A stretch of DNA of 49,676 bases, filler included, from Streblomastix strix (taxonomy: Eukaryota): assembly GCA_008636045.1 (NCBI GenBank). It is 2 parts of 2 records of this genome, joined end to end, with 100 filler letters (N's around TTAATTAATTAA, not from the genome) between each part and the next. Parts side by side here need not be neighbours in the genome. Positions count along the whole stretch, not along the records: positions 1 to 24,830 come from SNRW01000225.1; positions 24,931 to 49,676 come from SNRW01000226.1. One strand, written 5' to 3'. The notes below the pieces were generated by a model. The model saw nothing but the letters and a program-made list of their open reading frames with translations. It was not told the origin of the DNA and ran no database searches. Position 1 is the stretch's first letter, and each line of letters begins with the position of its first letter. The translations under genes and the position numbers were made by a program. Positions 23,734 through 37,700 of this stretch are shown here, piece by piece.

Positions 23734-24574
23734 TAAAAGGATATAAGGAAATAATGAGACTTATTAAATAAATGATTAAAGCAGGAATTCAGATAAAAGA
23801 AGATAAAGGAAAAGAAGGAGCTGGAATTATCATAGGAGAATATCTATCTGTATTATTTGATGGTATTTGTTAATCAGATTAAGGAATGAATGAATAATAA
23901 GAATAAGAAGATATTATTCAGTATCTAATGAAGTTACTAGAAAAAGTTAATAAGTCAATATTGTATGGTATTGTTGGAAGTGAATTTAGTGAGAAGATGC
24001 AATAAACTTTGTTGAGATGCGAATAATAATAGATAAAGGAAATGGCAAAGAAATTCAACAAAATGATTCTTGCTAATTAACATGAGATTGAAAATACACT
24101 TAAAAATAGAATATAATAAGAATAAAATATATTTGATAAATTGCTTTAATTAGTTGAAATCTGCACAAGACGTGGAAGATTGATTGCAAAGAACTGCAAA
24201 ATGAATAAGAATGCATTTGAGGATGTATTTCAAAAATATGGATTGACTTCTTTCTTAGAGAGAATTCAAAGTAAAGTTGAAGTTACAGATTCTGGATTGA
24301 ATATTGGAACTCTTTAATTAGATAATGTATATGATAAGAAGATTATATCTAAAACATCCAGAAATGAAAAAATATTTGAAGAAGTTATGCACATTGGATC
24401 ATTATAGAAATTCAATGATAAAAGTGTATATGAACTTCGATTAGAAGATTATTTCCTTTCAAGGAAATGTGGATTACCAATGAGTAAAGAAGAAAAAGAG
24501 AAATATAAATATGAATTATGGGTCTAATAATCTTCTAATTCTTAAAAATCAAGCATATTCAAACAACTTTCTTC

Positions 24575-24630
<56 letters not shown>

Positions 24631-24830
24631 CCTCTTATTCCTATACAATATAATAACCTTAACAAACATCACTATTTTCAAATCAAACTTTCAATTCTTC
24701 AACTACTTCTAATTCATAATCTACATCTTTACCATTATAATATTCATCTTCAATTAATAATTCATTAGCTTAATAATAATCATTATCATAATAATAATCA
24801 TAATCATCAACAATTGAAACAACTACAGTA
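21979..24830 (+). CDS. ARM/HEAT-repeat protein with polyQ tracts and a GLEBS-like motif; 3' end lost at the gap
   Basis: ATG 21979; exon 1 to 23046 or 23058; GT-AG intron ending at 23168; exon 2 open to the gap. ARM-like segments are MGVIEHLIRLLNHPYSEIREKTIESICYI and NNVIEPLADVMISQDEE. No internal TGA was seen. Confidence 0.8.
24577..24628 (+). repeat. (TAA)n microsatellite encoding polyglutamine
   Basis: About 17 TAA units in the coding frame of the ARM gene; a second tract lies at ~23703-23733. Confidence 0.85.
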
Positions 24831-24930
24831 NNNNNNNNNNNNNNNNNNNNNNNNNNNNNNNNNNNNNNNNNNNNTTAATTAATTAANNNNNNNNNNNNNN
24901 NNNNNNNNNNNNNNNNNNNNNNNNNNNNNN
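24831..24930. other. Artificial contig linker (N44-TTAATTAATTAA-N44)
   Basis: A 100-nt spacer with a six-frame standard-code stop cassette in the middle. The two sides need not be adjacent in the genome. Confidence 0.97.
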
Positions 24931-27900
24931 GAGGAGCAGATCGTCTACATAGTTTCAAATTCTTATATCTGACTCCCTCCGTCTCTTCATTAGAACCATT
25001 GCTAGTGCTTGTGCGAAGAAGATTGGGGAGTGCTGCGTTCCGAAGGGCATAGCTCTATATTAATAAAATATCCCCATTGTATCAAATGCTAGGTATGGTC
25101 TGTGTGGTGGATATACTGTTAGGTGGTGAAAGGCCGATTTTAGATCTAGACTTGTTGCCCAGTCTCCTTTCCTTATCAAATCTCTCACTTGATCTGTTCC
25201 ATTCATCTTAAAATGAATCGTTTGTATTTCCTAGTTCAGTGCGCTCGCATCCAGAATTTTCCTCCATTTCTAATGAGGCTTCGGAAGTATAAATGTTGGA
25301 TTGAACCATTTAGCCTGCTCTGGATGTTTTACTCTATTATGTTTTCTCTTAATTCTTCCTCCAATTTCTCTTTATATGCTATTTCCTCTTCTCTTGAGCC
25401 CGAGAACGGACAAATTCTCAGATTCTCTTACAATATCTTTTCGCTATCCTCGTTTTTTAAATAGAAGTAAAAATCCCTTTTGTATGAATACTACTATTTT
25501 TACCAGTTTCCATGTCTCCTAATAACGAATTGTTTTTCCCCCCCCTTCCCATGTTTGGTTGAGGCTGTAGTATTTCCTCCATTGTAGTCCTAGGAAAGAT
25601 TTCTAGTGTATGAATATCCTCCTTTGTTCTATTCTGAATTCCCATAAGTTGGAACCGTCCGGGGGCTCGCACCTGGCTGTCAGCGCTGCTAGTCTTCCCT
25701 CTAGTTCTAATTTGCGACAACAGAAGTATTTTTGCTTGTGGCTTTACTTCCGACAGGTGTCCTTCCTCCTTTCTTTTCCACTTTGGGTTCACGAACAGGA
25801 TTTCTCTGTAGTTATGTAGAAGGTGCTGTCTAAATATTTGTTGGTTTTATTCCAGCAACCCCTACTTAGCCCGAAGCTATGCTGTCTGTAGAAGATGCTA
25901 CCCTTCTTACATTTACATTTGTTGAAAAAGTCTCTCCGAGTGCATGAAAAACCTATGCTGCCTCTCCTGCAATCTATTGATGTTACATTCTTTTCGGAAC
26001 TGAGAATGGATTTGTAATTATTCCCATAAGATCAACATTCAAAATTGAGCTTTAATTCTAGTTCGTGAAAGGTGCAGTCAAACTCTGTGGAGTTGCTTTT
26101 TGTTAGAGAAACTATCTTTTGCCTTCTACTGGTGGGTTGTCTCGATCTCAGTTTTGTGTTTGACTGGTCTGGGGTTCTCCCTGGCGGTCCTGGATAGTTC
26201 ATCTAACCAAACAATGGTCCAAGGTGACTGTCCAACACCTAATTATTGTATTACCATTAAGTTTAGGCTTGAGTGTTTCTCTGCTTTTTCTAACTCCTCT
26301 AGTGTTTTCTAAACTTATGTTTCTTGTTGCTTTTACCCAGTGGTCTAATCTCTAATAAATAAATTTCTTCTATAAAATTTTCTTGAAATTCATCTTGTTA
26401 TTCACCTGTTCTACTTCCAAAATACCATCCTGTGTATATGTGAATTGCGTTTTTTATTCTATTGGGTTATCTTTCTCAGTATTTAGGATTCATAGAAGGA
26501 TGTTAATCTCATTTATGGTCCAAAGCCTCTTTTCACTCTTTATTATTCCTTAGATGATAACTTGTTTAGTATTTGCATTCGCAGTCTCATAGCCTCATCT
26601 TCATTCGAGTGGCCCTAAAGTTTATTCAACATGTTTTCCATCTTGTTTTGGAATTTCTCATCTTATTCCATCTTATTTATATATTGGACTTATTCTCCTG
26701 TATATAATTTGATTTCGACTTATCTTTTTGAGTCCTCTGAAAGTAATGGTAGTTGGTTAACAGCCTATTCCATTGGGATGTATTTAGATTGTTAAACACC
26801 CCTGATGAACTGATGGTTAGGGTCTGTGACAAATAAGGATTATTTTTGACCTTGTTATTAATTTTATCTGATTTATATTAATGATGATGGTGATGGCGAT
26901 AGTGATAAGGATAGCTATTATTGTTATTCATTCAGAGATCCTGTTTCTGATAATGAAGTTTGGTGAGTTAGATTAAGCAATCCTGGGAAACCTTCTAAAG
27001 GTTATAATAGATTTTGTTCTGCCATGTTATTCAAATCATCATTTCATCCTGTTTGTTGATGTTATAAATTATTAGTTGCTTCTGTTTGAGGTGTATGGGT
27101 TGCACCTGTTTGGGTAGGTTATTCAGTTTGGTTATTTATATTTCCCTGTTCATTCCTTGGAATGTCTTCTATTTACTACTGAATGTTCTACTCCAAATCT
27201 ATAACATCTACTTATTATATTTATTCATTTTATGAGTTTTTAACTGTGACTTCTTGTTATTGAATTTGAATTTCTCCGTTAACTTCATGAAGTTAATTTA
27301 TCTATTGTTAGATTTATATATTCACTTGTTAATTCAATTATTCTTAATTGTCTTATGCTACGAGTAATTGTCTGGCTGTTTGAAAGTTCGGAATTGGTGC
27401 ATCTCTCCCTTGATTGATTCTGGACTTGTCCAGGAAACACTACTTTCCTCATCGAGGTTAGGAGAGATACGATTCGCTACGCGGAAAACTTCATCTTAAG
27501 ATGTTCGGAGACCTGGCATGTAGACTGGAGCTCCTATAGCTGTTTACATTGGAGGTAAAGCTTATTATCGTCTATCGCCTCGTATTCTAAATTATCTTAA
27601 TTTTTGTCTTTCAATTTCGCGTTGTAGACCCTCAGCCCAATCCTCATTATTCTATCCATTTCCTGAACCTTCACTTGAAATTACTCTTCTTCTCTTTCTG
27701 CCTCTCCCCAAATCTAATTTATCATTTCTATCGTCTCGATCTCTTTCGTATCTGTGTTTACGGTCGTTATCGTGATCATGATCATGATCATGATAGTGTT
27801 GATGGTTATTGTCTTCATCTTATTCCATTCGTAACGTATCTAGATATAGGTCCGTATCCACTTCTCTCCAAAATGTTTTCCATTCGCTAATTGTTAAATA

Positions 27901-28300
27901 TTCATGTCTGCCATGTCTCTAGATGAAGACACTTACATTCAGAAGACCTTCTCCAAAACCTTTGTGGTGTTCTCCATTAGATCTCAGTCCTATGTATCTT
28001 AAAGTATAGCTTCTTTATGCCTATAAATCTCTGTAAGCGTTCAATTATTGCTAACTCATGTTTATTGTTAGTTCTGGTGGGTCTACTGGAGTGAAAAGGC
28101 TCTGATCTGTTCTATATGGGATTTTCTTATTCCATGATGGTTGTAAATCTTATGTGATCCTTTTTGTTAGGGCCGTTCCTGGTGAGTCTAGTAGTCTCTC
28201 ATTTACATAGACAAGTTCTCGTGCCTAGCTCTATTGCTATTACACTAGTGTTGGTGGTCTAATCGTAGGTTGTTGGCTGTATTGTTAGTTTGATTATTTT
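24931..28300 (-). mobile_element. Truncated, decayed DIRS-type retrotransposon (long ORF1 region + RT N-half)
   Basis: RT at ~25550-24931: KWFNPTFILPKPHQKWRKILDASALN...GDWATSLDLKSAFHHL...YRAMPFGTQHSPIFF...RI*NYVDDLLL, cut by the gap. Upstream is ~2.7 kb of intronless, disrupted ORF1/gag-like sequence. Confidence 0.88.
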
Positions 28301-28376
28301 TCTTCTTTCTTATATTATTATATTAACTCATATATTCTTACATCCAAATGTCTTTATTTGATTTTCATTGTTGTAG

Positions 28377-30714
28377 CTGACTTTGGACTTGCATAGAAGA
28401 TGGCGAGCAAATCATATCTTCACACAGCTGGGACTTAGTATGCATAATATGTAATAATATATTTTCAAACTTAAATATTATATATTTATATTTAAGTTTT
28501 TTTCTAATTTTCAAATTAACTTTACATTGTTATATTCAATATATTTTCATTTATTTATTACTAATTATGAACTATTCTGCTCCAGAAACTGAACAGAACA
28601 AGTATTTAATTATATTTATATATTATTGATAATAATAAAATAAGAAATTTAAAGTTAATAAATCAATTTATTATGTCATTCTAAATTTACTCCTCATATT
28701 TTATATTATAATTATACTTTCTTTTTATCATAACATTATCATAATCATATTTATATATTAAATATATTGATTATCAGGATGACAGCTGAAAGTGATGTTT
28801 GGTCAAATGGTGTTATCATCATTGAGATGATTACAGGAATTCATCCATTTCAGGGATTGACTCAAAACTAAACACTTTCGAATATAGCGAATGGGAAATA
28901 TAAACCATTTCCTGATTATATTCAAGGTGACTTAAGAACGATATTAGAAGTAATGATAAGTTAGGTTTGTAATGATCTATTTATATAATTATAAGTAATA
29001 GTTATATATTATATTATTTAAATTCTTAATATAAACATCTTTTCTTTTTTATTGTTCATTGTTTTAATTTATTTTTATTAACTCAGGATTATAAGAAACG
29101 ACCAACAGTGAAAACCTTATTAGAAACAGAAACTATGCAACTTGTTGGAATGATTGAGAAATCAAAAGAATAAAAAGGATCTGAAAAAGAAAATGAATAA
29201 ATGAATAAAAAAAATGAATGATCTTGAAATAAAAACTAAATTATTGGAAGTTGAGAAATATAAAGAGAATTAAGAAAAAGATAAAGCTCTTTCTGAGAAT
29301 GATAAATTGAAATAAAAGGCCAATAAAACTGAGTAAGAGAAATAATAAGCTTAATCTGAATTAGATAGATAAAAAACAAAGACAAATGAATCCTAAGAAT
29401 TAGTAAGAGCATTTTAATAATAAATTGAAGCAACTTAATCTGATAATACCCGTCTTACAACTGAAAATTAACATCTAAAAGCAGAATTATCAAAATTAAG
29501 ACATTAAACAACTACGCCAATATAATATTCAAAAGCTGAACTTAAACTTCAATAAATTCAACAATCAGGTTTATTATTTGAAATTTTATATTTGAGTAAT
29601 ATTAAATAATGAATATTTATTAATAAAATTTAATTAATCATATTTTTTCCTTATTTCATTCTTTATTTTCTATATTGAATATATTTCAGTTCCTCCATCT
29701 CTCAATCCAAATATGATTGTAGGTATGATACCAGATGAAGAACGCGCTTATTAAGAAGGACTGGAAATAATAAGAAAAAACAATTGGGGCGATTCAACTG
29801 TAGCATTCAATCCTGTAATATAAAGTGGGATTGTCAGATTTGGAGGATTCTTTGAGGATCCATCAAATTACTCATACTTCAGTATGTCTATAAGAATAAT
29901 AGAGAATAGATTGATATTATTTTAGTTGTATTAATATTCATTATTTTTTATTTTCATCAACTTCATTTTCTTTATATATTATTCATTCATATTTCTGATT
30001 AGGCATCGGAATTGCTGAATCTTCTGCTGTCTTAGGTTCAAATCAATATCCTAATTCTGATAAAAGTATGAATAAAATATTTTTAATATAATGAAAAGAA
30101 ATGAGAATATAAATTGTTATTGTTTATTTATTATTTTCATTTATTCTTAATCTTTGATAGATGAAAAGAAGACTGTCTGCTATTGGAGAGGGTATGATTT
30201 ATATATTTAAATATAAATATATTATTTTTTAATAAATATAAATTTCTTAATAATTATAATTAAATTCTCTCTTTCTTTCTGTCAAATTCTTATTCAGCGG
30301 TAATATTTCTCATAACGGATACGAGATTCCAGGAAACAGTCGAATTGAATTAAATAAATCTGTTTCCTGAGAAGTGAACATGAATATTTCTCCTCGTACA
30401 TTAACATTCTTTTATGATAACTAAGAATAAGGATTATCTGTAAGAAATATTCCTTCTTCGATTAGATTCTGGGTTCGCATGCAATTTTATTTCTATATTA
30501 TTTATTTCAATATGAAATTATTCATATTATTATATTTCATTTCTTTAATTCATTCTCTCTATTTCTATTCTTATATTTATATTCAATATAGATTTACCTT
30601 TTTGATAAAAATTCCTCCTTTACGATCAATAGATTTGAGAATGTTTAATATTCATCAGCAAAAGGTGTTTCGAATGGAAAAGTATTTGATTGGGGAGAAG
30701 AATGGAAAAAATGA
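28377..30714 (+). pseudogene. NEK-like Ser/Thr kinase C-lobe + coiled-coil + SPRY-like domain, multi-exon pseudogene
   Basis: Exons read DFGLAQKMASKSYLHTAGT / NYSAPE / ESDVWSNGVIIIEMITGIHPF / KRPTVKTLL, then STVAFNPVIQSGIVRFGGFF / IGIAESSAV / EVNMNISPRTLTFFYDNQEQ / FDWGEEWKK*. TGA at 30368-30370 (TGT in the paralogue), frameshifts near 29210 and 29345, and N-lobe exons absent. Confidence 0.85.
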
Positions 30715-31430
30715 ATGAATGAATGAAATGATGATAATAATAATAATACGGATGAATGAATGAATTAATGATAAAGACGATTATGAATTAATAAGAGTAT
30801 TGATTAAGATGTTGAAATTTAATAATTTTGATATAGTTCAATTTAAAATAGTTTATTTACTTGTTATTCTTCAATTCAATTCAATATCACTTTTAGAACT
30901 TATCAAATATAATTCATAAATCTTACTAAAACAGTATTATAAACTTCTTTCTTGTTTTATTTGCATTGAAAATATTTGGATGAAAAATATTGCGTACTAT
31001 TTGAGTTTATTCAGTAAGAGAATAAAGTATAAAAATTTAGAAGAAAAAATAAATGTTAATCATTTCTAGGACTAATGATTTGTTATATCATTTCTTGATA
31101 TAAAATTTTATTTTTTAAATTTAATTTTATTTTTTAAATTTAATTTTATTTTTTAAATTTAATTTTATTTATAAATTATTTAAAATTCTGAATTTATCTA
31201 GATATTAGCAGAGAAATACGGCCAAAAACTGTACTAATGCATTTATATCATTTCAACTGTATCAATATTCATATTAATACACGTTTTCGAAATTTTAAAA
31301 TTCATTTCGATAAAATTTTACTTAATTTACTGATTTATACAAATATATTGACAATTTAATTTGACATACAAATTTTTCCAAATTAAAACATAAATTATTT
31401 ATTTCCCATTTAGCCCAAATGAATAAAATT
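29350..31430 (+). repeat. ~2.1 kb duplicated block (copy 1; copy 2 at ~47472-49650)
   Basis: Exons, introns and ~700 nt of 3' flank align, for example CTTAATCTGAATTAGATA at 29350/47472, ATATTTCAGTTCCTCC at 29681/47981 and TCCCATTTAGC at 31404/49623. Confidence 0.92.
31104..31170 (+). repeat. 19-nt tandem repeat, about 3.5 copies
   Basis: AATTTTATTTTTTAAATTT repeated. Confidence 0.75.
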
Positions 31431-31744
31431 ATAAATAGGTAATAAATTTGTTTCACTTTAACTATAAATATACAATTGAATCAAATTTTCTAATTATTAA
31501 TATCAGAAAATTTGATCATAAAATAATATTCAAAAAACTGAATAGTTCTTAACAATTTAAAACATAACCAATTTTTATCTCAGATTTTTTAATAGATAAT
31601 ATATTTATGTTTTAAATTTTTATATTATTATCATCTATTTTATGGGATAGTTATTTTATTATATAATTTTATATTTCCATCCTTCTAATTTTAATAATCA
31701 TCAAATTTCTGTACTTTTTTGCTCAAATTTTGATTAATTTCTTG

Positions 31745-34700
31745 TAATTATTATACTTAATAAGGAATAAAACTCACTATTAAAAAGAAATGTGATACAC
31801 TTAATGCGATTATTTTGAACAAAGAATCATCGTATCATTTTATTCCACTTTGAAGACTCACAATTGGATGGATCAGATATGATATCAGAAGTTTGTTGAG
31901 CATCATCAGCAATTGTTGATTGAGAAGGATATGGAAGAAGTGTAGTAAGTGGAGTTGGAGTTTGTGGATAATAGTCTTTGATGGAATTACTAAAGGAACT
32001 GATTTTGTAATGACATTTTGTGGATTAGTTCTGATTGATATAAAAATAGAAAGAATTATTATATTGAAGAATGAGAAATAAAAGAATTCAGAAAATAAAT
32101 AATTCTAATAAATTTGAAATTTAATTCATATTTAAGAGAAATCTAAAGTTTTGAGATTGAAGCAATGTTTGATATCCAATATCTGAATAGAAGACAAAGG
32201 AAGTGCAATTCTGATGAATGGAGGATTAAACTGAAAATTAGAATTAATGAATGGTGTTATTCTTGAAGCTATATATACATCTGGATGAAGTGCTATTGAT
32301 GTAAATGCATTTAAGAACAGCAGAATTGAAGCAGAATTAGTTGCATTCAAAGAATGCATATCTCATATGAGCTTAAAAGGAAAATAATGAGCTATTTATA
32401 TGAATATGACATAATTCGAAGTGAAACTTTCATTTAAAAGATGTTTGTTTGTTGATAATAAAGCTGATTCATATATAAATATCTATATCGCATATAGAAA
32501 TCAATAATAAAGAGTAAGTCAGGAATCTTTGATTGGCTGTAGAGCAGTTACTGGAATTACTGATGAACAAGACATCAGCTTCTACTTCGAGATTATGAAT
32601 GAAACTGATCAATATATTAAAGAATGAGATTTACTTCATAGTTGATGGTAGAAATAGAAAAGTGAAAATGTAGTCCGTTTCATTGCACATTTCTGATGCA
32701 ACACATCAATTCATTTATTAGATGAAATGTTTAAGTGTATCAAATCCATTTGATAGTTTCAGTTCAGTTATTCATTATGTTGAGAAAGAAAGACCAAATA
32801 GTGATGGATCAAGTGGTCGAGTACAAACAGGTGTTTTGTGGAATTATAATTATTTGAATGTTCAGTAATGACTCTATCTCAAACTGATAGTGATATTATA
32901 AACATCGTAGGATGTGGAATGAATGAAACAGAAATATGTGTTGGACAGAGTTTGAGTAATGTTATGATCTAAGGAGGTGAAGGTGATTTTGTGATTATTT
33001 AGAAATTGAATGTGTGAATGCAAGAAATATCAACACTTGTTGGGTTTATTTGATGTGAAATGAAGAAATTGATTTGTTGTAATATTGAGATGTGAAAGAT
33101 GGATTTGGAGGTCGTTGTGTCTATTCACAGAACTCTACACTATCAGCACCTTACTTATTCAGTTATTGTTGGATATTCTGTTGTATAGAATGTATTTATT
33201 AAGAAATATGATAAATTATAGTTTGAAGGATAATGATGAAACAGTATGTGGAGCTAAAGTATTGAATATTGCTAACACGATAATAGCGAACTTCACAGCT
33301 TCGATTCCTTTTATGAAGATTCTTGCAAAAAAACTTATGATACACCAATTTGGGAACAATATAGTGAAATATAATAATCTAAGATGAATAAACATACACT
33401 TTAAGTATCTAATTAATTCTATTCAGAAATGAAAATTGAATATGATGAAGCAAACAAACATGGACTTATATATGTGGAAAGAATAAATAAAGGAGATAAA
33501 TAAGCAATAAGTCCAGTTCACATTGATGTTTCAGGAATATTTGTGATTGGATGCCACAGCGCAGTTGGATCTGGAATATCAATCACGAAGCTTTTGATGG
33601 AACTTACTGATTCTGTGTTCATTGAGCCAAGTTGCTATAATATTATGATATATCTTAACAGGACACTTAGTACAATTGAGGATTGTGTTTTCTCTGGTCG
33701 AAATGACACATACCAAGATTTTAATTTGTTAAAAGTATTTGAATAAGTATCTGAAGAAGGTAAAGATATTTGTCCTAACAATGCATAATATTATTGATCT
33801 ATTTCATATGGAGTATTATAAATAAATGAAGGAGATTATATAACTAACAGTGTTATTTTGAATGAGACTATAGTATTTGTGTAAGAATAGACAAATGAAC
33901 AAATTTGTTGAATAAGATTAGTTTTATAAAATCTGATATTTAAGAAAGTGATTATTCTGATGGATCATTATTATTGTTGCAATGCACAGATAATTCTAAT
34001 GTTGATATTAAAGAAGCGATAGTTAATGGAATGAACGAAGATGATTGTATGTATATTAGTAATAATGCGAATCTAAAGAAGATGAATAAGAAGAAAAATG
34101 ATTCTTCAGATGAATATAAGTTTGGAATTGTTCAGAATGGGGAATGTGAAATCTGTATTTCTGATCTATAGTAAATGAGAGAGATGCCAAATACGAGTCT
34201 GAATACAGCAATTATTGATAATGAATGTCTCATATAAATAAGAACAATTGAAGTATGTGATTGAAGGAGACAAGATGATTTCAATATTACATATTGTTAT
34301 GATTGTTGAGTTGAGAGAGAAAACGAAAGAATATATTGATTTAGAGATTGAAAATAATAAAGAATTTTAACTTAGATACTTTAGAAGCAAACAGAATTCT
34401 TCTCCTTTCCAATCGTTTTGTTCTTAATACAAACCAGTAATAAACCATATTTCACTTCTTTCGCTAATATAATTGGAAATGAATATGCTTTATAGATTTA
34501 TATTTGTGAAAAGAAGTTCAATCAAATATAGAATACAATATTTTTATAATAGGAAGAATAATAAATGCAACCTTTCTACATTATTGTAGTTGAAGTTGAA
34601 AACTTAACAATCAATTATACCAGTTCATTTAATAAATGTGAGAGTTAAAAAGAAAATGGAGGAGGAATATATGTATTAATCAGTGATAGTGGTAATCTAA

Positions 34701-37700
34701 CAATAAAAGGTGATATAATTTTGAATACTTAATGTTCATTCACTGAATGTAAGAATAATGGAAAGAATGGAGGTGGTATATATGCAGAAGTTGGAGATAA
34801 TAGTGTTTTCAATTTGAATGAACCATTAATAACATTATGTGAACTTAAGTAGATTTTTCAACATAATCAAAAATTAGATGAACAATCTTCCTAGTTGTGA
34901 TGAATGACTACAATGTATCTAATTTAGGAATCGATCTGAGTAAAGCATATTTCAATAGTAATGAAGCAGTATATGGAAAGAATCTTTATGTTATATCAGA
35001 GAAGTTGAATTAATTATGTCTTCTGAACTTCAATTTGGATAAAGGAGATTATTTGAGAGGAGATTATGATGATGATAATTCTTATGAAATTGAACTTTAT
35101 TTGGGTGAATTTAACAGTGACAGAATTTAACTCATTATCCTGAATATCTGATATTTAATAGTATAAATAGTATCTCAGAAGATATTGGACTCCACCAATC
35201 CTACTCCCAATTACAATTGCAGATGGAGTAATTGAAGGTTATAATAAGTTATGGTATTATTAATATCGAGATAGTTAGTTATAATGAAGGGATATATATG
35301 GATGTGGATGGTGTGATGATGCATGCAGGACAGTTGAGTTCGCAATATAAGAAGTAACTTGGCGTATTGGAGGGAATGAGACTGCATTGATTGAGAATAG
35401 GACTATTATGATATCTGATGAAACAATTGGATATGATTAATTAAAGACTATTTAAATGAATATATAAGAAAGAAGATAATTAAATTTGAGGATAATGAAA
35501 GTATTCTTTGGAGATAAATTATTTTTAAAGACAAAATATGCAGATATTTATATATTCAAAGGTGTTGTTACGACATTAGAAGACAATAACAAAGTAAGGA
35601 TACACATATAAAATGGCTTAAATGTGAGTTTATAAAAAATTACTCTTACATCAGAAGAGTGCATTTTCATTCCTGCAATCTATATCTCAGATGAAAACAC
35701 TAATGTGAAGTTGGAAGAATTCATAATATATGATATTACATTCTAACCACAGATTCTATATTTAACTGGTTCACGTTGTGTTGTTCAAATTGATTTGGCA
35801 GTTAAAGATATATAAATACTGAATTGCTAATTTGAAAATATAATAATAGACTCATTAGAAATAAGTGCACTCAGAATTCAGAACTTCACAGATACACCTC
35901 CAATAATTCCTCCATTAATACTTCCATAACTACATCCAGAACCTGATACATCCATCAACGTAACAATAAATTCAACTTGATTCAAAGATATATAATCAAT
36001 TGGAAATATAAGTAAACGTGGAGGTGCAGCAATTTATGGAGAGATTGGAGATAATGGATCATTGATAATTGAAGACACATGTTTCACATCTTATTCTTAT
36101 ATAGAAAATGATGACGGGGGTATTTATGTTATACTGAATAAAATATTCAGATTTGAGACAAAATGGACAGTAATATTCACAGGATGTAGAACTAACAATG
36201 ATACTTTAGAAGCTGTTGGAGGTCGAGGTGGTGCTTTATATATCTATTTAGCTGAAGAATCTACATTTAAATAAATAATTGTATAAGATACTTCATTTAC
36301 AACCAATGAAGCTGATATTTGTGATGAAGATATTTTTATCATTACCAGGAATATGAACATCCTGAATATACGAACACACATATTATTCAATATTATAACA
36401 TTTACAAACCCTGATAATGCAATGTATGGAACAGAGTACAAATTAATTGATGAACTATGTCATATTCCATTAATAGATTATTTTCTCTTGGAAAGATACA
36501 TCTATTACCTAAATGATACAATGAATGTCTCAAGTAGAAAATGGGGTGGAGTTGACACAGAAGAATGTGGATATGTTAATTCTACATGCAACAGCTTTGA
36601 GCACGCAGTTCTTAAACAAACTACACCAGAAAGGACTTCAACTAATCTATAATGTGGATAAAAGATTGTATATACATATATATCAGTTGGTGAGATGCAT
36701 GTGAATTAACCATATCGAACAGAAGCTGATATTTTCATGTTGGGTGGAGCGACAACTGATGAAATATCTGTAGCTACTGAAGGTGGATCTGTTTACTTTG
36801 ATGGGAATGGAGAGATGGAATTCTCTGATTAAGGTTATTGGTAGATTAATAAAATCGAAGGAGTTGATTATTCATCAATCAAAGGAGTCAATCTGAAAGT
36901 GCTTTTTCATTCAATTAATATTGTTCTTCCAACAGCTAAATAAGCATAATATACATTTATGCTAGTTGGAACCAAAGATTATGTTGATATGAATAGAAAT
37001 CTGGAATTGACGATTGAAAACTGGACATTAACACAGAATAATACATTAGATAAAGCAACCAACTTCTCTTTACTTAGAACTGAGTAATTCTTATCTCTGC
37101 GAATGAATGTATCAAAATTCAACTTCAAGAGATATTATGCTTCTTTTGAAAGAACAGGTCTTATAGAAATAAACTATGAACGAGATGTATTCACATGGGA
37201 CAATCATCTTAACTTAGTGAATTGTTCTCTCGCAAACATCAGCAGTATAATGACAGCAAAAGAATTAAAAGAGATCATTGGTGAGAAAGATGATGAATAA
37301 TCTCTTGATATAGCATCTATCCTCAATGTAAGAAGTGGAAGTGCTAAGAGACTTCCTATTTATATTTATGATTGTTAGTTTGATTTTTGCAAATGTAGTG
37401 TAGAGATCCCAGCAAAAGAAAGAAGATAGATTGGTGTTGGTTGTGCGATTGTTTTCTGTGGGAATACATTACTGTTACCTCTGGAGCATCTGAAGCTTAT
37501 AAATTGTTCAGGGAATGTGACATTTACACAAATGAAGTTATAATATTCTATTAATAGATAGATTATTCATGATGTAAATGAATCAAATCCATTAAATGAT
37601 AATCAACAATTTTTCCTCCCATAATCTTCCAAATCAGGCACAAACCATCATTTAAACCAGAAAGATAAGAATAAAACGGTAAATAATTTCATTAAAAAAG

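Noticed and set aside
24511..24768. Poly-Asn ORF from the track
   Set aside because: Wrong frame; the (TAA)n tract is polyGln in the ARM gene frame under table 6.
24875..24886. TTAATTAATTAA palindrome inside the N-run
   Set aside because: Synthetic six-frame stop linker, not biological.
30479..30718. ORFs 30479-30718 and 48779-49147 resembling a small duplicated membrane protein
   Set aside because: They are an intron plus an out-of-frame reading of the last SPRY-like exon.
31800..35200. Frequent in-frame TGA suggesting TGA recoding (Trp or Sec)
   Set aside because: TGAs fall where Gly, Trp, Arg or Cys would be expected and co-occur with frameshifts. Intact genes use TGA only at their ends, so this is decay.
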